From Lingula anatina (lineage: Eukaryota > Animalia > Brachiopoda): a DNA stretch of 64,000 nt. How positions within the stretch are numbered: position 1 is the stretch's first letter; each line of letters opens with the position of its first letter. Shown here piece by piece: positions 29,490 to 41,642 of this stretch. The stretch covers positions 20,832,001-20,896,000 of the forward strand of contig CM120641.1 in the NCBI GenBank assembly GCA_051362555.1. The letters are read 5' to 3'. Made by a program: the position numbers and the translations under genes. Under the pieces are notes generated by a model. That model was given only the letters and a program-made list of their open reading frames with translations, was not told where the DNA came from and did not search any database.

Positions 29490-32400
29490 TGGTATAGCAA
29501 TATGGCAGACTTTTTGTACAGTATGTTGCAAATTAAGACAACATATTACACTCATTTTCCATCAGAATGAATGAAATGAATGTATCAAATAAATATTATA
29601 GATAATGTTTTTCTTACCAACAATTTTACAAATTATGAAAATAAAGTGTTGTGAATCTACAAACTAGTAATGCAATTATCAAGATTATTCTTTAATGCTG
29701 AATTGTCCTTTTGTAGGTCAGATTGCCTTACTGATTGATGAAATAGATGACCAAAAGCTTAAAATACAAAATAAAAAAGTACTTGAGAGACTACGTAAAA
29801 TCAAAGCAGATGCCACCTATGCCAGTAAGGAAGCTATACCCTATCTTGAGAAGGGAGATGGAGAATACTACAGATCAATGAAATATTTAGTGGGAGAACA
29901 GTGGAGCATTTTTCATAGGCATCGCAAACTTGATCCTAACCTGAAATGGGTTAAATCTGATCTTGAGAGAATAAAAGAGGAGAGAAAGAAGCAGAATATA
30001 TCAATAAGTATGTATTTAGTAATCACTAAATTAAAAGTATATATTTATAAAATCTACATTTGAGTGAGACATCTAGTATTCTTATTCTAACTTTACCTTG
30101 CATTAACATGAATTTCAGCATTCCTTATTTCTAACCAGTTACATTCTTGGTTAAATATTTTTGTCCTTTTTTTAATAGAGTTCACGCTGAATCTGGGATG
30201 TAGCTTGTATAATACTTAGCATATACAATACTAATTAGCAGTAAAACAAGTACAACTGTATTAAAGGCAACACTTTTGTAATAATATTGATTTTTATTGT
30301 AAATTTGCATTAGTTATTTGCTTACTGTTTCTAGTTGATATCATTATGTTACGGTAATGAATCAATCTTTTCAATGGAGAAAAATTACAAATTTCACATT
30401 TATTGTATTTTTTCAAGTCATAAATTCTTAAAATAAAACCATTCCTTCTGAGCGATAGCAAAAAAACTCATAAACAGGCTACCTTATAGTTCTGTTGTCT
30501 ACAGAGCTAGAAAAAGCAACACAGGTGCTTCACAGAAATATATTATTAATGATTTTAAAATTATGTTTTTGGAAAATTGTTAGTTTTTCCTCATTGAAAA
30601 AATCGAGTCATTACGGCGGTTGAGATTGCCGCATGTATGCTTAACAGTTCCCTTTCTCAAAAAGTAGTTGCCAGTGAATCTTTGTTTCCTTACATAGATT
30701 TAAGACTTAAATGGCTTCATAATGTCTAGATAAACTAGATTTGGTGTGTATGTGCTTTGAGTATCCTGTGTAATCTTAAGTATACATTTGCATTATAGCA
30801 TTTGATGAAGAAGTGAGTGACAGATGCATGGGTGAAGTAATGGGAAATAACGGCAGGCAGCCTTGTAACATTACTAATTTCTGCATGCTGCTTATTACAA
30901 CCAAAGGCCTTACAGACTATGGACTAACACACCAGCTGTTGTTTACACTTTTAGCAGAAAAGGTAATTTGTTTTTTATCATTTTAAAAGCATTTTATTGT
31001 GATTTATAGAAACAATAGATGAAGAAAGAAGTGACAAGTGTATGAAGGAATTGTTTGGTAGTGACACACAAAAACCATGTCAAGTTTCAGATGAGTGCAT
31101 GTATATGATCACTGCTAAAGGATTGAAAGATTATCTTCTTACACATCAACTCCTTTTTACATTACTTGGAGAGAAGGTAAACATGTGAAAAGTAGTCGCC
31201 AGAGTAATTAGAATAATAATGTTATGGTCATAATCAAATATTTTAATTATGGTCTTGATTGTATAAAAAGTGAAGTTTGGAAGCCATGGTTTTTGGATAC
31301 ATTCACCTTTTTTGAACCATTGTATTTGCACAGGTATTTAATTTTTTAATGAATTAAATTATTTGTTTCATTTATTCATCCATGCATACAATCAATGAAT
31401 CACTTACTAGTACTTATGCAGTCATAGAAGCATGAAATTTTATACAAAGCAATTTTCAGTTAATGCTCTTGGGGTAAGAATATATTTTTATTTAGTGCTA
31501 CAAGTGTACTAAGTTTTAAAAAAAGTTTTGCTTATTTGACAATCAAGTTATCTGTTATCAAAAGTATAGACTTTTTTCTCTGTAGGTGGGATGTATAAGT
31601 AAAATCAATGAATGGCTTCATGCTCATGGAGAACCAAGAGGAATAAACCAATTACAGCTAGAGTTTTGCACAAATAATTATTACGAGGTCAAAGAAAGTA
31701 TAGAGTTGATGAAAGGAAAAATATGGCCCATACAGCAAGATATTTTCTTGGAAGAAGGTGAGTCAGGGTGTAATTTATTAAAAGTTTTTAGATTTTCTGT
31801 ATGTTCTTTTTTCTTTTTTTTTTCTGTGAAGTTGTATTGACTTGTATTGACTGAAAAAATAAGAGTTAAGAGAATTTGAGTTTGTGTGTTTTCAATTATA
31901 CTTTTAACAAACTGAGATTTAATGATTTAAGATAATGCAAAAAAGGACACATACAGGCAGGCATACACCTTCTATTATCAGATTTTAGATTTATCAGTAG
32001 AAACTGCTTCAATTTCAAAATAGCAAAAGTACAGGTTAAGGTATCGATACCTTGATTTTCTTGAATATTTAATTTTTTCTATCAAATTTCATCAATTTTA
32101 CATATGGTTGTGGTTGCATAGACAGCACTGAATTTTTCAAATGCATTTTTTTTATTTCTCTTTAGAGTTTGTCTGCCCTAGCATGGGCTTCATCCAGTTT
32201 TTACGCAGAGATTGGCTGCAGCAGATTCTTACCTGGCAGAAACCTAATGGGTGTTTTGGTAAAATGAAGAGAGCTGAGATGAGGGACAGTATTGATGGGC
32301 TAGCCATTGATGAATCAAGCTATGTATATGAAAACGAGGCAGGTATAGACATGATAGAATATTTAAAGAAGCAAAAGAAACAGAGACAGCAGAATGGAGA

Positions 32401-33995
32401 CAGCAATGAGAGATCAAAATCTGAAGAATTTGATAAAATTCAGGGTAATCTAATACAACCAAATTCCCAGGCAGATTCACTTGGAAGCGAAAGAGACAGT
32501 CAAATGCAGGTTCAGTTTCAGCAGCCCGCAGGTGTTATGAATAAAAGCATTCTAAATCAGCCTTTACAAAAACAGGTTCAATGGAATCAACTCAACCAGC
32601 AAACACATTTGTCTAACAGACTGGTTTATCAGAATAAAGAGCAGGCTCTGTTCCAACCACCAAATGAAAAATATATTACCCACATACCCGCACAGCAGCA
32701 ACAGATACCAAAGAATAGGCAGCAACTGTTTCAAGAAAATCAAATGCAACATCAGCTGAATATTGAAAACCATCAAGAAAATGCACATCTACCATCAAAT
32801 CCACTTATGGGTGCTAGGAGACTAATGCAGTATAATGTTAAAAGTTACCGTTCTCGTAGACTTCTTGTGGAAAAAGATCTGGCAGGTAAACAATTCAGCA
32901 TTTTCCTTTCACTGTAAAGATTGGAAATTTTCCGTGTATCATTATCAGATACTTTTCTAAAAAGCGTCCATGTTATGTTAAGATTCCACACTAAGATTGT
33001 TACCATTTTTTTCTTGTTATTTTGTAACATTAAGCAGTATAAAAGAAAGTCTGTCTGAATCTAATATATATTTTCTACAACAAATAATTGTATATAATGT
33101 TCCTATAGCAAATTGTAAGTGTTAAAAATTTTAACTACAGAAAAAGGAGATTGTTAGAGCAATGCAGTAAGCAATTACAATTTGAATGCCACTTGTCCAG
33201 TTTTTCTCTCTGTCAGATTACTATGTGATTGAATATGTAATTCATAAATAATGAAAGAAGTTGTGATTTTTTTTAGGAGGGTGTCTATCTCACAAAACAG
33301 CAGTAGGAACGGCAGCCATGGTGATGTACCTTAGATTCATGCTGGACCCTGGGCCTCCAGAGTTACAAGAATATCACAGAGCCTTGATTGGAGATGAACC
33401 GGCATATAGTTCACATACAACCACAGTTCCTGGAGAAATGTTCCAAAAAACAAAATCTACCAAAAATCTGGATGATGCAGATATGGATATTTTTCACAAT
33501 AAAATGGATGATGATGATCATCATCAAAAGGGAGTCCACCCAAAGCATGAGATTCGGGAAGTGTTAAGGGGTAAAGGTCAGGACTATCTAATTGATGGTG
33601 TTCAGGATAATCCTCATGATCATTTTGATAGGGATGAAGATAATATAGATGAAGGTGAAAACAATGACAAAGAAGAGGAAGATGATGGAAAATTTGACCA
33701 GAATGATTTTATAGCTGAAGAGCCTGATCAGCAATATCACTTGGGTCGAAAGGTCAACCCACTGAAGAGTCATCACAATGAAGATGACATTTTTGATGAC
33801 AAAAATTTAGATCCACTAGATGAAGGTTTAGCTAGCTCAAAGAAAACCACACATCTTGCTCATGAAATGCAAGGGTCATTGGCTCTTCCATGGAGAAATC
33901 TATACATTGTTATGGTTGTTGCAGCAGTGATGCTGTTTTTTATGTTCAGATTTATAAAGAAAAGAAGAATTTCAATAAGATACAGGCACAGATAA
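28685..33995 (+). CDS. UPF0764 / C16orf89-like protein with signal peptide, Gln-rich insert, acidic His/Asp-rich region and C-terminal TM helix (~748 aa)
   Basis: Exons 28685-28865, 29717-30007, [30799-30962 OR 31010-31176], 31586-31757, 32166-32885, 33277-33995; phase-consistent. Motifs NLDGIFGLRVVEGQ, SDxCM, YxLTHQLLF, DIFLEE, WLQQILTWQKPNGCFG and GCLSHKTAV match my recollection of C16orf89. Confidence 0.85.
29048..29324. mobile_element. CAG(T/G)GGCGGAT-type MITE
   Basis: Ends CAGTGGCGGATTT / GGTTCTGCCCCTG; flanked by direct repeat CTCTTA. Confidence 0.7.
29413..29488. repeat. (TA)n microsatellite
   Basis: About 38 TA units. Confidence 0.95.
30351..30616. mobile_element. Degenerate MITE
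   Basis: ~45-bp imperfect TIR: CGGTAATGAATCAATCTTTTCAATGGAGAAAAATT versus AGTTTTTCCTCATTGAAAAAATCGAGTCATTACGG. Confidence 0.55.
31010..31176 (+). CDS. Alternative (mutually exclusive) exon 3b of the C16orf89-like gene
   Basis: Paralogue of exon 3a (30799-30962) with the same phase 1/phase 0 boundaries, an open frame and canonical AG/GT sites. Confidence 0.85.
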
Positions 33996-36039
33996 ACCAG
34001 TACTATCTTTCTGGGGGAAACTGCACGGGTTAAAATTTGCACATTCAGAGATTATATAAAGGTCACATAATAATTAGAGATTATTATTCCAGGGTCAAGG
34101 GCATAAGTTGTTTGTTGTTTATTAATTCAGAGTAACCTATTAAAAGTGCAATATGAAATTACTAAAGGGTCAGCTGAATACCACTACAAATGGCAGCACT
34201 AAAAATGTCTCACTTTTAGATGCAAGAATTGAATCAGTTGTTTCATTGCAGTTTATGTAATGTTTTGATATTGAATTTTGCAGATGGCAAATCAAAATTT
34301 ATAATATTAAATTAAAATTTTTTGTTTTGGTGATATTTCATTTTTATACTGTACTAAAAAAAAAAAAAAAGAATGTGAGAATGTGAAAGTTGCTTATTTG
34401 TTTATTTGAAGATACAGTGGTAAAGAGTGGATTGTTTAACCAAGTGTCTAAGGTTAAAGCAGAGGGCCCTATATTTGGATTGAGTGTTTTGCATACAGCA
34501 TTAGCATTCAAGAGTCCTTGCATTTAAATAATAATAATACAGAGATAAAATAAATGGATAATTTTTAAGCATTTAATTGGATGTCCTGTATTTCCATTAA
34601 AACACTGCCGTGTCCCACCTCCTCTGTGCTTTGAGGCTACAGAATGTTGTTTTATACAGTTTTGCCATGCATTTTTTCTAAATGTGGCATCTTTTCAAAA
34701 ATTCAAGTAGTTGCATGTTTCCAAGTATACATTTTGTATTTTAACACATTTTATACAAAATTTCAGTTTTTGGCATAGTTTCAGTTGTTATTACATTTAC
34801 ACAAAATGTCATTTTTTACTGGGAACTCGAGTATTGAAGTGTGAAGACATATGATGGAATGAACGTAGTGTCCTGTGTGTTTCAAATATAAGTTATGGGA
34901 TGAATTTATAGTATGTACAATCCACTGTCATGCAATAGGATGTCAAAAGACCTTTTTAAGGCTTTTCTTTTTATCAAGTTTTAAGTGAATGTTTTCTGGT
35001 TATGTTTTGTATGTATTTTAATTCCATTATATATGCTACATTTTAGAAGTTTAAAAGAAAGCAATTTAGGTGTGTCAGTTGATGAAGTAGTACCCAGAGT
35101 TTCAGACTTTACAGAAAACTTAGTGTTCTACTAATGTTAAGACAGTGTACTCTGAAACTGTGGGTGTGAACAAGACAATCTGGTTGTAAACAACAAGTCT
35201 GCTTCTTGGTTGTGATCTAACAATGGACTCCCCTTTAAGAAGTTGCTAGTATAATGTACCTTGTTTCATTACAAAAAGGAAGAAATATATATAGTTTTGT
35301 ATGAGTATGTTAAGCACAAATTGTTTTTAAATCATTGTGCTGTTCTTGGAAATATTAGAGAACACAAGAAGATTTTTGCTGAATTACTTCCCAGCTTTTT
35401 AATGGCTTTTTGCTTTTTAATGGTCCGTTTTGAATTCTTTATTTTGTTAAGCTTAAGACAGAAATAAGTTATGAGTTCGATCCCAGACTTATAAACATTC
35501 AGATTTTCTTCAATTTTTAAGCTGGGGAAAAAAATAAAAGATGATTATTCTGCTCGGTAACTCAAAATGTCACTCAATTCAAACAATTTGATCCATAAAA
35601 ATATATAAGGTAATGGCCTTGTTCTCCTCTGAACATCAACATTGCATATCTCTCTGTTATGCATTGTGTTAGCAGTACTGGAAATCTCATATTACGCAAA
35701 AAATTGAAGCAAACCAGTTGAGGGTAAAACTGCTCAATAACATTTTATATTATGAGCTATGATATAAAATTGAATACTTACAGTAAAACTTTCTTTTATA
35801 TAAACAAAAGATAAAAAGATAACAATAAAGCTTTTTTAAATCGTAACTTCTTATATATATATATACTCTCTGATTTCCTTCTGCATTCTTCCTCTAGTTT
35901 CAAACTTTTCATACTTTTTTTAATTCCAGTGTTTTCAACAGTTCCTCAATGCAGCCCATCATAACCTTTTATTCTTCCAATATAACATTGATTCCAATAG
36001 TTGGTATTTAAATAACTATGCCATGCATTCCCAACAGGT

Positions 36040-39000
36040 TTACATGGTGGCTCTTTCATGGGCCTCTGCAGTAAGCTCCTCTAGCCTTTTTTGAGCCTGC
36101 ATTGTCAGATTATAATTTTTACCCATAGTCCATTTGTATTCTGAAAGTAAACAAAATTCTAGCATGTTTTGATTGGGATTGGTCCAGGGGTATATCATTA
36201 AAATTTTTCAGTTCACATAGGTATACATTTTAATATTTAAAAATATGTTAAATTGTAAGTCTCAGCAAAGGTGCAATACAGTTTAATATTAAAATTAAAG
36301 GTTTCATAAAAGTCTCAGTTCCACATATAAAAGCTGGCATAAGCATGGACCCATTAAACAGTATTATATATATTGGGTCTAAGCCATATTGTATGACTTC
36401 AGAGTCATAACCTTAATGTTCAAGCATAAAGTTAAAAACTTTGTAGAACCACTGGTTTTGGTGAAATTAACTTATGTACATATGAAATGTTGGATGCAAG
36501 ATGAACCAGTACACATTACCTTTAACAGTGTGCTGAATGCATGGAAACACTTCAAAAAAGATTGCATTTTGAAGAGGCACAGGAAGCTGCGTGAAAGCAA
36601 AATTTAATAGTGCTATAAATAATTACTGCTCATTATTTCAACCTGGTGAAAAAATAGCAACATGGAAATTGAATAAAAATAGTATCAAATAATGGCTTAC
36701 ACAATTTAGTTATATCAGATTTTTTAAAATGATAAATGGGAACTGGCAAAAACAAATCACTAAGCTATTGTTATCAATTTGGTGAAAAATGCAACTATCA
36801 AAGACCTAATAAAATGATATAAAATTTTTAAAATTATTAGTTTATAAACTACTTTCTTATTCATTTAATACTAGTAATTTATATTTCAAAATATGAAAAT
36901 ACTCACTTCAGTTGCAAAATCCTTGGTGTGCTTCTTTATAAATTCTAAATCTTCTCTGGTCTGAAACAAACAACTAGAATGTTTTTACTCCATTTTCTTA
37001 CTAATAGACCAAATTAAATAGTTGACCATTCCAAATATACTGTGATGTATTAGATCACCTAGTCAAATGTCTAATGTTTTATAATAATGATAATAATAGT
37101 ATATTTCTTAAAAACTGCACTTCAACTGCATCTCAGTGCCATGTACAATGAAAAACTGATGAATGAGTTATATTACCAGAAGAACTCAACAGACAAAGTT
37201 GGAAATTGAAAGAAAAAAAATCCAGCTGGGGTTACTTAATATCAAACTACCAAAACCAAACAATATCTGTGCTTCTCTTGTGATAGTATTGTCAACTTAA
37301 CAAAACTTAAAGGGTTCATTGTGATAATTACAAAATATGTTTACTGAAACACTCCAAGCATAAGAGTATCATAACAATTAAAAAAAAAGAAAAGAAAAAA
37401 ATTAAAATTAAGGTTATTAGTTTCATGTGAGGCTTAATGTGTTTTCCGCTTATGAGGCATGAGGTTTCAACCATTGAACAGAGGGACTTGATAACATGAA
37501 TAACTCATTGATGGCTCCAGAATTGAAGATGTCAGTGAAGATTGGAGAGGGTAGGGAAGCTGATCACTTTTACATAAAACACGATTTTTCCAACAATGAT
37601 TTTATTTAAGCAGTGTTATTCACTGGATACATCCCCAATCTGTTACACATTTTCTTCCTCAAAATTACTTGACATATTCTTACTGACCTTAGCGTAAGCT
37701 TCAGGAGAGTTGAAACTGGCATGCATTCTGGCCCTCCATCTTCGTATGCATAATTTCAGTGTCACTACTGCTGTCCAGCTTAACCCCAGTTTTTGAATAA
37801 TCTGTGAATATGAATGTTGACTAAGATGAAATATAAATATATAAACTTCTAGTAATAAGCAATAAATCCTATTTTAATTGTAAAATATATTGGATTAAAA
37901 TGTCTTTAACAGCATAGCAAGTATGGTGTTGCTTCCAGAAAATGAATTTACGAAAAAATGTTTTAAATTTTACCTCTTGTTGTTCTGCAAGTTCTCTCTT
38001 GTGTTTGATTTCCATTTCTTGCTGGGCAGTTTTGTTTTTGCGCTTTTTCATACGCACTGCAATGTTAATAGCTGCTCCCATGTCCAACTTTCCTGGATCT
38101 GTGCTAATGCCTGCAAGAGTTCAGAGTAAAATATGATTCACTGCAGAGCCTGTGACACAGTTTAACAAAAAACAAAATATTCCATTTACAAATTGTATTT
38201 TCAAATTTCTAAAATAAACATTTGATTTTCATCTATACATAATGATGCAATTCAATATATTATAGGCAGTATCTGAATCTAAATGTAATAATAATAATAA
38301 TAATAAAGAGAGAAACACATCATACCGACTCCAGCTTGTTGACTGAGTTTCCCTAAATAGCCAGCCAAACCTTGTCCCTGCCATTGTTAATATAAAAAGA
38401 AAGTACGTAATGTCCATTAAAGACCATTCCACTGAACAGATCGTGTACAACTTTTGAGCTTTGAAAATTTTTTTCCCATTTAAAAGATTTAATTTTAATT
38501 AAATTTAATTGATAGTTTTTGTTCTATTCATAAAACTGTTACTGTGTTAATAATGCAGGGACATACTTGATTTAACCACAGAATAACTTCCTGTAAAATA
38601 TTGAATGCATGATTTTTTTCAAACAGATAATTCATATTTCTATAACATCAATCAAATAAGTGAACATTAAACAATAATTCCAGTAATCTCTGCTGTATTT
38701 TTCACTACTTTTTTACACAGTCATTTCTATTGATTTAAAAGAAGCATGCCAATATTAAACTTAGACCTACCCGCCTTCTAATATCTGAGGAGCCTGTAGG
38801 CTTATATATTTGACTGCTGGGGCCAGCTGCAGGTAAATAAATAACTAAAAGTACCTAGGTAAATTTCTTGACTAATGCTACGTTATATTCTGTTTGCGTT
38901 TTAAACTTAAAAGTGATTAATGGCCAGCACTCAATTAAATCTAGTTTTAAACAACGTCATTAGGAACATAATTAATCCTGTAGCTCTGTACATTTGACAA

Positions 39001-39386
39001 TAATTTCCTGTTACGTATGGACATTTGCCTGTTACCTTTACTTTCATCACCTTTAGTACTTTCATCATTTTGGCGTTCTGAACTATCTGCATCAGAACTG
39101 AAGTTGACAAAAACAATATAAATGGAGAAGTAGTTTTTGTAAAATAAGAATGGTAATGGATAATGTTATCATAGCATTAATTGGAAATCCAACATAATTT
39201 AAATAAATAGCTTTTTTAATCCAAATATAATAACAGATTACCCGCAGTGTCAAATACATAAACTGTTCGTGGTATCAGACGCCGTATAATATTATAGTAT
39301 CAAATCAACAATCAAACATCAAATCAATCAGTCTGTAAAACTAACTCGCTAATTTCTTGGTTTTCTCCACCATCTGAATCTGCCAT
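36040..39386 (-). CDS. Uncharacterised 9-exon gene, 227-aa protein
   Basis: Exons 39386-39346, 39097-39036, 38826-38771, 38377-38326, 38110-37974, 37801-37688, 36960-36907, 36586-36520, 36140-36040 (684 nt); every junction is GT-AG and phase-matched, with no internal stop. Confidence 0.75.
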
Positions 39387-40331
39387 TTCTTCCCCTCACT
39401 TCTTATGCAAAATATATGAATGGAGAAGGTTATGTCGACAGGCAAACTTACAAACACTTCCGCGTCATGTAATCAAGAGCGAAGTACTCATTTATCAACT
39501 GACGTGAAATCTTTTTATATTTGTTTTGAGTATTTTTCATGAAGTTCTTACTAAGTTTTTGGTAACAGCTATTTTGCGTTCAGGCAATCAGACACTTGGT
39601 AAAAACATATCTGTCTCAAGCAAAAGATGAAAATGTTTTATGTCTCACGAGAAATACAGTACCCATTGATGGAACCCGAAAAACTACTCGGCAAATCCCG
39701 TACATTTTCGTCCACGAATGCGAGTCGTTGACAAGTAAAGCTCTACAAGTTCTTCATTTGGTCAGATTCATACTAAATAAATCGGGACATTTAGTACTTT
39801 TAATTACTCAGTGCTTCTGTTATATTTTAAAGGGACGTAGGAAGCCAAGGTACATAGTAACTCCTTGCACAATATTATTTTGAATGTACTTTTTGTCTTT
39901 GCAGTTTGATCCATCAATCATGTGTTAGGTGTGCCAGGACATCACATCACAACACAACCGGTGGAGTTCGGCACTCGGCCCCACTCGGCCGCGTTTATTC
40001 CTGTTTATATCTATTTTCTAGCTTAAGTATCATTTTATATGCAATAATTAACGTTAAGCCAGTCCTATATGGCCATGCAGGTCAGAAACAAAGAATGATA
40101 TTTTGCATATGATTATGAAACTAATATTTTCTCCTATCATGTCTTTTCACATAATATTTTTGCATTTGTAACCACTTTCTACATCAGATCTAAAGTTAAT
40201 GAAAACAAAGTGATAAATAGAGACAGAATGTTTATAAATATCAGCAAACATTTTACTGATTAGATAAGAGGTTGAACAGCTGCAAGGCAAACCCCTGCTT
40301 GTGGCTGGGGGTGGCAGACAACTACCCAGAA

Positions 40332-40502
40332 CGGGCGGATTTAGGCCGGCCGTCTTCTGGGTCTTCCGGAAGACGGTCAGATTTTCAAGTTTACATTGAC
40401 GGGTATCTAATTTTTTTCTGTCGGAAGACGGTCAAAAATGAACAACGGATCAACAAAGATAATTTGGAAGACTGTCAGAAAATATCTCTGAATCCGCCCC
40501 TG
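40332..40502 (+). mobile_element. GGGCGGAT-type MITE, family B copy 1
   Basis: Ends GGGCGGATTTAG / CTGAATCCGCCCCTG; flanking 5-bp direct repeat CAGAA. Confidence 0.75.
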
Positions 40503-41473
40503 CAGAAGAAATGACGCCAAGGCATCATCACACTCAACATTATTATGACCATGGTCATCATTTCCCTTGTATTTTTAGTTTGTTTCAATAGAAGATACGT
40601 AAATGTGAAAAGCATATTCAAAAGCTCTTTTATTGAATATTTTGTTCCAGTGAATCACTATCTTTATCAGTAATAGAACTGTATTATAAACATTCTGAGA
40701 AATGTATTTTCAAGGCAATTGACTACGTTGAAAATATTGGAGATATTGATTTTGTGTAGACTCTTCTTTATTATCGTTGTTTATGATAAGATATTTTCTT
40801 TTAGAACCAGTAAGCTGGTTAAACTGCATTTTGATTGGGTTCAGTCAATCATGAAATTGCCCTAATAAATTAAATTGATTTTTTTCAGTAGCTTTTCTGT
40901 CTTGACACTATCAACAAAACATATAAAAACACTTATTTGAAACCAATAGGACATATGATATAAGAATACAATAAGGAACCTTAGCCACAATTTACATTAC
41001 ATTGTGTAAAAAAAAAGTTCAAAAATAGGTTTTATTAAAAGACTATTATGAATTTAGGGCATCTTAGTTTTCCCATTCCCTGACTGTGCAAGTATCTTCT
41101 ATTCTTCTATTCTCATTTTTAAATGATTTTATCTGAAAATATTGTCATAAAAAGGCTTCTCATGGTTGTTTGAAGGTGGGTTTTGCTTTTGTTATGAAAG
41201 ACGTACCAGTTATTAATTTTGTAGGAGACCTGTAATATGTATAGACACCACATCAGCCCTAAGAAAGGGTCAGTTTCCACAATCCAAACATCAATAGAAT
41301 TCGTCGTTTGCCGAATTATAAAATAAAAATTGCCTCGGCTACCATTTTGTACCCAACAAGTAGTAATGAAAACATTGTTTAATAATTCAGTTTTACCACC
41401 ATATGTCTCTTCCTATGATAAAACACTACACATTGACCTTTTGAATCATCAAAGATTGAAATAATGTGATGAT

Positions 41474-41642
41474 CAGGGGCGGATCCAGAGATATTTTCTG
41501 ACAGCCTTCCACATTATCTTTGTTGATCCATCCTCCATTTTTTGACCGTCTTCGGACAGAAAAAATTAGGTACTCATCAATGTAAACTTAAGAATTTGAC
41601 CATCTTCCGGAAGACCCAGAAGACAGCCTCAATCCGCCCCTG
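41474..41642 (-). mobile_element. MITE family B copy 2, inverted relative to copy 1
   Basis: CAGGGGCGGAT...ATCCGCCCCTG; internal sequence is the reverse complement of 40332-40502; flanking direct repeat ATGAT. Confidence 0.75.
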
